From NCBI GenBank assembly GCA_041396965.1, contig JAWKXN010000001.1:321438-385437 (forward strand): DNA of 64,000 nt, in the 5' to 3' direction. The stretch comes from Rickettsiales bacterium (GTDB lineage: Bacteria > Pseudomonadota > Alphaproteobacteria > Rickettsiales > SXRF01). Below are positions 58,112 to 64,000 of the stretch, piece by piece; positions within the stretch are counted from its first letter, which is position 1; every line of letters begins with the position of its first letter. The position numbers were made by a program, and so were the translations under genes. Under the pieces are notes generated by a model. The model was not told where the DNA came from and did no database searches. It worked only from the letters and a program-made list of their open reading frames with translations.

Positions 58112-58903
58112 TTATTTCTTACTTTGTACCGGCTTGTTTCTGGTAAAAACATAGTTATGTTCGTCAGATAATCTATCCGAGAACTTATAACCATCATCAT
58201 TAAATCTGAGCAATTCTTCTGGCTTTTCTAGGTGATTCCTTATTATGAAATTAGCCATTTTACCACGTGCTCTTTTAGCGAAAAGACCAATTATTTTCAG
58301 TTCTTTTCCTTGCCTTTCCTTAAACACTATATTCACAAGTTTACCGGCGAGAAGTTGCGGTTTTATCGCTTTGAAATATTCTTGTGAGGCTAGGTTGATT
58401 ATAGTTTTTTCTTTATGGCTTTTTAGTTCAAAGTTTATCGCTTCTGTTATACTATCGTTCCAGAACTCATATAAATCTTTTCCGGATTCGTTTTTAAGTT
58501 TTGTTCCCATCTCAAGTCGGTATGGCTGGATAAGATCCAGTGGTTTTAGCAGACCATAAAGACCTGATATTATACGCAAGTGCTTTTGGGCAAACTCAAA
58601 ATCTTTTTTTTGATATTTTTTTACTTCTATTCCCTCATATACATCACCCTGAAAACTTAGAATAGCCGGATGGGAGTTTTTCTTGGTAAACGGGGTTGTA
58701 AAATTTTCATAACGATTTTTGTTAAGAATTGCTAATTTATTGCTTATTGACATTAAATTAACCAAATCATCAGTGGGTTTTTTGCGTAGTATTTTGATAA
58801 GCTGCTCTGATTTGGTAATAAATTCTGGTATATAAGTAGCGATGTTTACCTTGTCTAATTCTATATTATTAATAGTTTTTGAGGGTGATAATAGTAAAAT
58901 CAT
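58112..58903 (-). CDS. yaaA: peroxide stress protein YaaA (UPF0246)
   Basis: 263 aa with MILLLSPSKT..., YEGI and ...RISGLYGLLKPLD. Confidence 0.85.
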   Translation of the reverse strand: MILLLSPSKTINNIELDKVNIATYIPEFITKSEQLIKILRKKPTDDLVNLMSISNKLAILNKNRYENFTTPFTKKNSHPAILSFQGDVYEGIEVKKYQKKDFEFAQKHLRIISGLYGLLKPLDLIQPYRLEMGTKLKNESGKDLYEFWNDSITEAINFELKSHKEKTIINLASQEYFKAIKPQLLAGKLVNIVFKERQGKELKIIGLFAKRARGKMANFIIRNHLEKPEELLRFNDDGYKFSDRLSDEHNYVFTRNKPVQSKK

Positions 58904-59140
58904 TAAAATAATTTAAGTTTTATCTAAAATATTAACTAATTTTTAATAGAAATTTGTTACATTTTTATTAAATATGAAGGATTGTAACATTTACTAAGGT
59001 AATTCATTACTGTATATGTTATAATCAGCATCAACGATTTTGTACAGCTGTTTGTCTTATCTCAAATATTGAGATTATTGAATTAAACAGGAGATGTTTT
59101 TAATAACTGGTTAGAGCTACGCATTAATTAGGCAGAATTT

Positions 59141-59731
59141 ATGAGAAAAATAAACATATTATCGCTTTATAAGGATAAAGAAGGTTCCGCCATTCTAGAA
59201 TTTGCTTTTGTCGCTCCTGTGTTCTTTCTCCTGTTTTTTGGGATTACCGAGTTCGGTTTGTTTATGTATCACAAGGTGGTAATAGAAGGAATTGCAAGCA
59301 AAATAGCTCGTCTTTCTTCCACAGGTGTTGATAGTGATCCGGTATGTAGTAGCTCTGCCGACCGTATAGCTTATATTAAATGTGTGGTGGAGCACAATAC
59401 TGATAGTTTGATGGATAAGGATAAGATAGTGTTTCAAACTAATCTGCTGTCTGGAGGAGGAACAGTAACCCCTGATATTTGCATGGATGGCGGGACTCCA
59501 AGCAGCAGCCCATCTAGCTGTACTACATTTGAGGAAATAAATGGTGTTGCCGGTTATCAGGGTCTTGGAGCCAGTGCTCTAACCAATGGGGGGGAGATCA
59601 TAGAAGTTCGTATCTCATATCCGTGGCAGGTTAAGTTTCCGATAATGGCGGATTTTTTTGGTGATAAAGGGGTGGTTATGATCACGGCATCAACAGTTAT
59701 TAAGAATGAGCCTTTTGGAATAATAAATTAG
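59141..59731 (+). CDS. TadE-like pseudopilin (triad 2, first gene)
   Basis: 196 aa with KEG/SAILEFAFVAPVFFLLFFGITEFG. The C-terminus ...SYPWQVKFPI...VIKNEPF parallels the protein at 30160-30720. Confidence 0.8.
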   Translation: MRKINILSLYKDKEGSAILEFAFVAPVFFLLFFGITEFGLFMYHKVVIEGIASKIARLSSTGVDSDPVCSSSADRIAYIKCVVEHNTDSLMDKDKIVFQTNLLSGGGTVTPDICMDGGTPSSSPSSCTTFEEINGVAGYQGLGASALTNGGEIIEVRISYPWQVKFPIMADFFGDKGVVMITASTVIKNEPFGIIN

Positions 59732-59801
59732 GTTTGGACAGAAATCTGGTTATAGAATTCTTTGTTGGAATTTGAGTATGTTATGGTTACGGGGGTGGTT
59801 T

Positions 59802-60839
59802 ATGACTAAAAATAGAAAAAATTTAATATATGATGCCGGTGGTATGGCACTGGTAGAGTTCGCCATATTATTGCCGATATTGCTTGTATTATTTTTTGGC
59901 TCTGTTGAGGTGGCTAGATATATAATCGGCTTTCAGAAATTTGAGCGCGCGACATATTCTGTTTCTAACATAATGACTCAATATCTGCCGATTACCTATA
60001 AGGATGGTCCTCTGGAAATAGATTTGGACGCGATAAATAATGAAATAATTCCGCAGTTTGGAAATAATATGGAGGGGTATAGTGATCCATTAGATAGGAT
60101 AATACTTCTAAGTTCAATCAGTAAAACCAAACCGGGGGGTAACAATGATACTATTACCGTGAATTGGCAGGTAGCTGGTGGGGGTGATCTAGCAAATGCT
60201 GATACGAGAAGCATTTTGAATGGTGCTAACGCTATTATTTTCAAGCCTTCTTTGAATGGGAACGGTTCGGATAATGGTATTGCGGCCGGATCGCATCCAA
60301 CTTTTCCTACATTTTCAGGGCAGCCTTTGATGAATGGCGCGTTGAGTGGCATGGAAGTCGGTGAGAATATGCTTATTGTTGAAGCTTTTTATAAGTATGA
60401 GCCAATAGCTAGTAAAATACTCGGAGGTTTAGGCGTTGGTAATATAGGTGAGCATACTATGAAGTCAGTTATTTATTCACGTCCGCGTAACGGCGATCTT
60501 CTGACTTTAGTACGTCCGGCCCCTCCTTCAGTCATACCAGGTCCGGTACATAGCTGGGAAGGCTGTTATACAATAGATAAGCCTTATAATAATTGCACTA
60601 CAACCGGTACCCCAGAGACGGGGACTCAGACAGTATGCTGGACATGTACAGGGGAGAAATATTGTCAGTATTGTACTATAACTTTTGCGAGCCCTGATGA
60701 TACTGTTGGTTCAAAAGTTTGTAATCCCGCTGAGTTTCGTAACCGTACTGGATGCACGTCCACCACCACTCAGACACCAGGAACCGGCACTGGTAGTGGA
60801 GGTGGTGGTGATCCATACCCGCCACCATCAGAAGGTTGA
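59802..60839 (+). CDS. TadE-like pseudopilin with Cys-rich C-terminal extension (triad 2, second gene)
   Basis: DAGG/MALVEFAILLPILLVLFFGSVEVARY. I prefer ATG 59802 (GGGGGTGG SD) over TTG 59772. The last ~110 aa carry 8 Cys, Thr-rich tracts and a Gly/Pro tail. Confidence 0.75.
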   Translation: MTKNRKNLIYDAGGMALVEFAILLPILLVLFFGSVEVARYIIGFQKFERATYSVSNIMTQYLPITYKDGPLEIDLDAINNEIIPQFGNNMEGYSDPLDRIILLSSISKTKPGGNNDTITVNWQVAGGGDLANADTRSILNGANAIIFKPSLNGNGSDNGIAAGSHPTFPTFSGQPLMNGALSGMEVGENMLIVEAFYKYEPIASKILGGLGVGNIGEHTMKSVIYSRPRNGDLLTLVRPAPPSVIPGPVHSWEGCYTIDKPYNNCTTTGTPETGTQTVCWTCTGEKYCQYCTITFASPDDTVGSKVCNPAEFRNRTGCTSTTTQTPGTGTGSGGGGDPYPPPSEG

Positions 60840-60901
60840 TTATATTGGGGTGGTTAATACATCGTTAGTTGTCTACTGTTCAGGGCTTTTAGGAGTGTGA
60901 T

Positions 60902-62122
60902 ATGTTTAACAAGAAAAAAATATTGTTGTCTTTTCTATATTGTGAGCGTGGAAATGTGATAATAATGACAGGATTGTTTATTATGGCTTTGTTTGCCATC
61001 GCTGGGGCTGGTCTTGATTTTGGTAGGGCTTACCTATTTAAGACAAAATATCAGCAGGCACTTGATCTAGCTGGTCTTGCCGCCGCCAATCCCGCCAAGA
61101 ATAACCCTGACATCGCTGACAGACAGACAGCGGCTAATATGTATTATAACCTTAACTTTCCTGCGAGTTATCTCGGTAAAACTAGACCTTCTTTTACATT
61201 AACCCAAAATACCCTTAATATGGAGATAAGTGGAAATACCTCTCTTGATACTAATTTTATTGGGACTGTAGGGCAGGATAAGCTAAAACTTTCCGCTGCT
61301 AGTAAAGTTGATATACCAGGAAAAGCTCCTAAGTTTGATGTAATATTGGTGCTTGATGTATCTGATTCAATGGACTGGCAGTTTGACGGTGATAAGTGTA
61401 CTCAATTCGCAACCACTCCATGTAATGATAATGATGGCAATCCAGCTACGGCAGGTTACCCGTATTGTTATGATACTACAGGAAATTATTATTCTTGTGC
61501 TTATGCTTCCCGTTTCCATGCTCTTACAATAGCAGCAAAAGCTCTTAGTGATACTTTGCTTGATGACACTGGAAGTTCTCCAAATAGGGTTGCTGCCGTA
61601 ACTTGGAATGATCAGTTGGTTGAGGTTAATGATTTTGTTAATAAAACCACTGGTTCAACTAGTATACCTAATTTCCTCAGCTATTATAACAATACAAAGA
61701 TAAAGGGCGCGACTGACAGCACTAAAGGGCTTGAAGCTGCTAAATCTAAGGCTACGGAGTTCAGAGCGGATACTGTACGTGTTGTGGTATTACTTACTGA
61801 TGGTGAGAATAATGGTGGTAAGCCAGGTCACGACCTTGATATAGATAACGCTAGCATAGCGATTTGTAACGAGTTAAAAGCCATGACACCGCCAACTATT
61901 ATTTATACTATAGCGCTTGGTGATATTGTAAAAAAAGATATTGATGGTAATTTTATAAATACAGGTGGGGTAGCGGTTGAGCAATTCCTAAGAACCTGTG
62001 CCTCTGGTAATGTCGTCAATAATCTTAACAAATACTATTTTGTCGCCCCTGATGGAACCCAATTGAAAAATATTTTTACCGCTATAGCTGAGAATATTCA
62101 AAAGCTGCGCATTACTAATTAA
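60902..62122 (+). CDS. TadG-like pilus-assembly protein with vWA domain (triad 2)
   Basis: 406 aa with a TadG-type N-terminus (ERGNVIIMTGLFIMALFAIAGAGLDFGRA). MIDAS DVILVLDVSDSMD and ...VVLLTDGENNG. Confidence 0.8.
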   Translation: MFNKKKILLSFLYCERGNVIIMTGLFIMALFAIAGAGLDFGRAYLFKTKYQQALDLAGLAAANPAKNNPDIADRQTAANMYYNLNFPASYLGKTRPSFTLTQNTLNMEISGNTSLDTNFIGTVGQDKLKLSAASKVDIPGKAPKFDVILVLDVSDSMDWQFDGDKCTQFATTPCNDNDGNPATAGYPYCYDTTGNYYSCAYASRFHALTIAAKALSDTLLDDTGSSPNRVAAVTWNDQLVEVNDFVNKTTGSTSIPNFLSYYNNTKIKGATDSTKGLEAAKSKATEFRADTVRVVVLLTDGENNGGKPGHDLDIDNASIAICNELKAMTPPTIIYTIALGDIVKKDIDGNFINTGGVAVEQFLRTCASGNVVNNLNKYYFVAPDGTQLKNIFTAIAENIQKLRITN

Positions 62123-62192
62123 TTAAGGCTTGTGAACATATTGATGTTTTTCTATATTCGCTTTTATAATTAATAAATATATATATAGAAAA

Positions 62193-63143
62193 ATGAAAAA
62201 TATTTTAATCGCCGGTGGCGCTGGTTTTATAGGTTCCCATTTAAGCGTCTTACTTGCCGGTCAGGGTAATAGAGTTTTTATTGTTGATAATTTTTTCACC
62301 GGCAGACGTGAGAATGTAGAATCTCTATTGAAGCGGAATGACGTATCACTTATTGAGCACGATATAATTGAGCCATTTGCTGGAATTAATGATATAAAGT
62401 TTGACGAGATATATAATCTCGCCTGTCCGGCTTCTCCAATCCACTACCAGCCAGATCCAGTGCGTACCATGATGGTGAATGTTCTTGGCATGAAAAATTT
62501 ACTAGAGCTTGCTAAGGAACATAACGCTAAAATATTGCAAACATCAACCAGTGAGGTTTACGGTAATCCTAAAATTCATCCTCAGTCGGAAAGCTATCTT
62601 GGTAATGTTAATATAATAGGACCACGCGCTTGCTATGATGAGGGTAAAAGAGCCGCTGAGACTTTATGTTTTGATTATCATCGTCGGTATGGAGTTAACA
62701 TAAAGGTGGTAAGAATATTTAATACTTACGGGTCATTAATGCGTGAGGATGACGGGCGGGTAGTGTCCAATTTTATCTGTCAGGCATTGACAGGAAAACC
62801 GATAACTATATACGGTAACGGTTCACAAACCCGCTCTTTCTGTTACATTGATGACATGGTAGACGGTATAGTAAAAATGATGGAAAGTAAGGATGGTTTT
62901 ACTGGTCCGGTAAATCTCGGTAATCCTGATGAGTTTACTATTGAGGAACTGGCGGAAAAAATACTGGAAAAAACCGGCAGCGACTCACCGCTTAATTATA
63001 AGCCATTACCACAGGATGACCCGTTGCAGCGACAGCCAGATATCAAGTTAGCTAAGGAAAAGCTCGGTTGGCAACCCAAAATGTCTCTTGATAGAGGGCT
63101 AGATAAAACAATAGCTTATTTCAAAGAGAAAATTGTTAATTGA
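62193..63143 (+). CDS. UDP-glucuronate decarboxylase (UDP-xylose synthase), SDR family
   Basis: 316 aa with [20 protein letters not shown] and a collinear UXS pattern. Confidence 0.85.
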   Translation: MKNILIAGGAGFIGSHLSVLLAGQGNRVFIVDNFFTGRRENVESLLKRNDVSLIEHDIIEPFAGINDIKFDEIYNLACPASPIHYQPDPVRTMMVNVLGMKNLLELAKEHNAKILQTSTSEVYGNPKIHPQSESYLGNVNIIGPRACYDEGKRAAETLCFDYHRRYGVNIKVVRIFNTYGSLMREDDGRVVSNFICQALTGKPITIYGNGSQTRSFCYIDDMVDGIVKMMESKDGFTGPVNLGNPDEFTIEELAEKILEKTGSDSPLNYKPLPQDDPLQRQPDIKLAKEKLGWQPKMSLDRGLDKTIAYFKEKIVN

Positions 63144-63173
63144 TTGTTAAAAGCTGTTTGATAACATTTAATA

Positions 63174-63923
63174 ATGAAAATATTAGTCCCAATAAAACGA
63201 GTGGTTGATTACAATGTGCGCATACGTGTTCGCGCTGATGGTAGCGGGGTGGAAACACAAGGCGTTAAAATGTCAATGAACCCTTTTGATGAAATAGCGG
63301 TTGAAGAGGCGGTGCGTCTTAAGGAAAAAGGTATCGTAAGCGAAATTATAGTGATGACCATAGGTGCGGAAGCATCTCAAGATGTGCTAAGAACCGCTCT
63401 TGCTGTTGGCGCTGACAGAGCTATTTTTGTAGAGGTTGGTAGCGACATTAAGCCACTTGCGGCGGCGAATATTATTAAGAAAGTCGTTGAGAAGGAAAAT
63501 CCTAGTTTAGTAATTACTGGAAAACAGGCGATAGATGATGATGCTAACCAGACCGGACAGATGCTTGCCGGATTGCTTGGTTGGGGGCAGGGGACATTCG
63601 CTTCTAAGCTGGTTATAGAAAATAATTCCGCTTTGGTTACTAGAGAAATAGACGGCGGGCTTATGAGTGTGAAGCTACCTCTTCCAGCGGTAATAACCAC
63701 TGATCTCAGGCTTAATGAGCCTAGATATGCCGCTCTTCCTAATATTATGAAAGCTCGCTCTAAACCACTTGAGAAAATTGCGGTATCTGACTTAGGAGTT
63801 GATGCTTCCTCAAAATTAACCGCCGTAAAATATGAGGAACCAAAAAAACGTTCCGGTGGTGTAATGGTTTCAAGCGTTGAAGAGCTGGTTGGTAAGCTTA
63901 AAAATGAGGCGAAAGTTATATGA
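63174..63923 (+). CDS. etfB: electron transfer flavoprotein beta subunit
   Basis: 249 aa with [19 protein letters not shown]... Confidence 0.93.
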   Translation: MKILVPIKRVVDYNVRIRVRADGSGVETQGVKMSMNPFDEIAVEEAVRLKEKGIVSEIIVMTIGAEASQDVLRTALAVGADRAIFVEVGSDIKPLAAANIIKKVVEKENPSLVITGKQAIDDDANQTGQMLAGLLGWGQGTFASKLVIENNSALVTREIDGGLMSVKLPLPAVITTDLRLNEPRYAALPNIMKARSKPLEKIAVSDLGVDASSKLTAVKYEEPKKRSGGVMVSSVEELVGKLKNEAKVI

Positions 63924-64000
63924 CAGTTCTTATAATAGCCGAACATGATAATAAAGAGCTTGCCGCATCCACTTTAAGTGTGGTAACCGCTGCCAATGCT
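63920..64000 (+). CDS. etfA: electron transfer flavoprotein alpha subunit, 5' end (runs off the right edge)
   Basis: ATG 63920 overlaps the etfB stop (ATGA). [27 protein letters not shown] is a typical EtfA N-terminus. Confidence 0.85.
   Translation, partial: MTVLIIAEHDNKELAASTLSVVTAANA

Noticed and set aside
28068-62122. The two inverted Tad triads as the ends of a 34-kb mobile or genomic island
   Set aside because: The interior carries core genes (metXW, leuBCD, rplS, trmD). No integrase or tRNA lies at the borders, and nucleotide similarity between the triads is too low to be composite-element ends.
1-64000. CRISPR arrays, rRNA, tRNA and tmRNA
   Set aside because: I scanned the intergenic regions by eye for regularly spaced direct repeats and for T-loop (GGTTCGAATCC-like) or acceptor-stem signatures and found none. 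A tRNAscan/Infernal run is needed to be certain.

Overview
Chromosomal segment of an AT-rich alphaproteobacterium. The taxon is inferred from alpha-typical synteny: lnt-corC-ybeY-phoH, mce-DUF1467-proS, lolC-lolD-dnaE, yajC-secD, chorismate mutase-hisC-tyrC, leuC-leuD-leuB, trmD-rplS, usg and etfBA. IS elements, dispersed repeats and pseudogenes suggest a host-associated lineage, but that is a guess. There are about 70 tightly packed protein genes. I found no rRNA, tRNA or CRISPR array. The backbone is housekeeping: translation, replication, Sec, Lol, Leu/Met/aromatic amino-acid synthesis and UDP-sugar synthesis. It also carries a partial cobalamin (cob/cbi) cluster next to a B12-riboswitch-controlled cbtB-cbtA cobalt-uptake operon. 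An accessory layer lies on top of this backbone. (1) Three type II toxin-antitoxin cassettes, each wedged inside a conserved operon behind its own sigma70-like promoter. (2) One IS200/IS605 element that splits an orphan gene, and one IS481-family element between metX and metW. (3) Structured intergenic repeat families. (4) A wHTH gene frameshifted in a homopolymer. (5) Two mirror-image paralogous TadE-TadE-TadG(vWA) pseudopilin triads 28 kb apart. (6) Between the triads, a very AT-rich block: asmA, a fused membrane/spermidine-synthase-like gene, a degenerate GGDEF/EAL-like gene, and a prepilin-peptidase homolog whose two catalytic Asp positions read Glu. The pseudo-enzyme pair together with the orphan pseudopilin triads is my best candidate for something functionally undescribed. 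All functional calls rest on by-eye motif and synteny recognition; no searches or computations were run.
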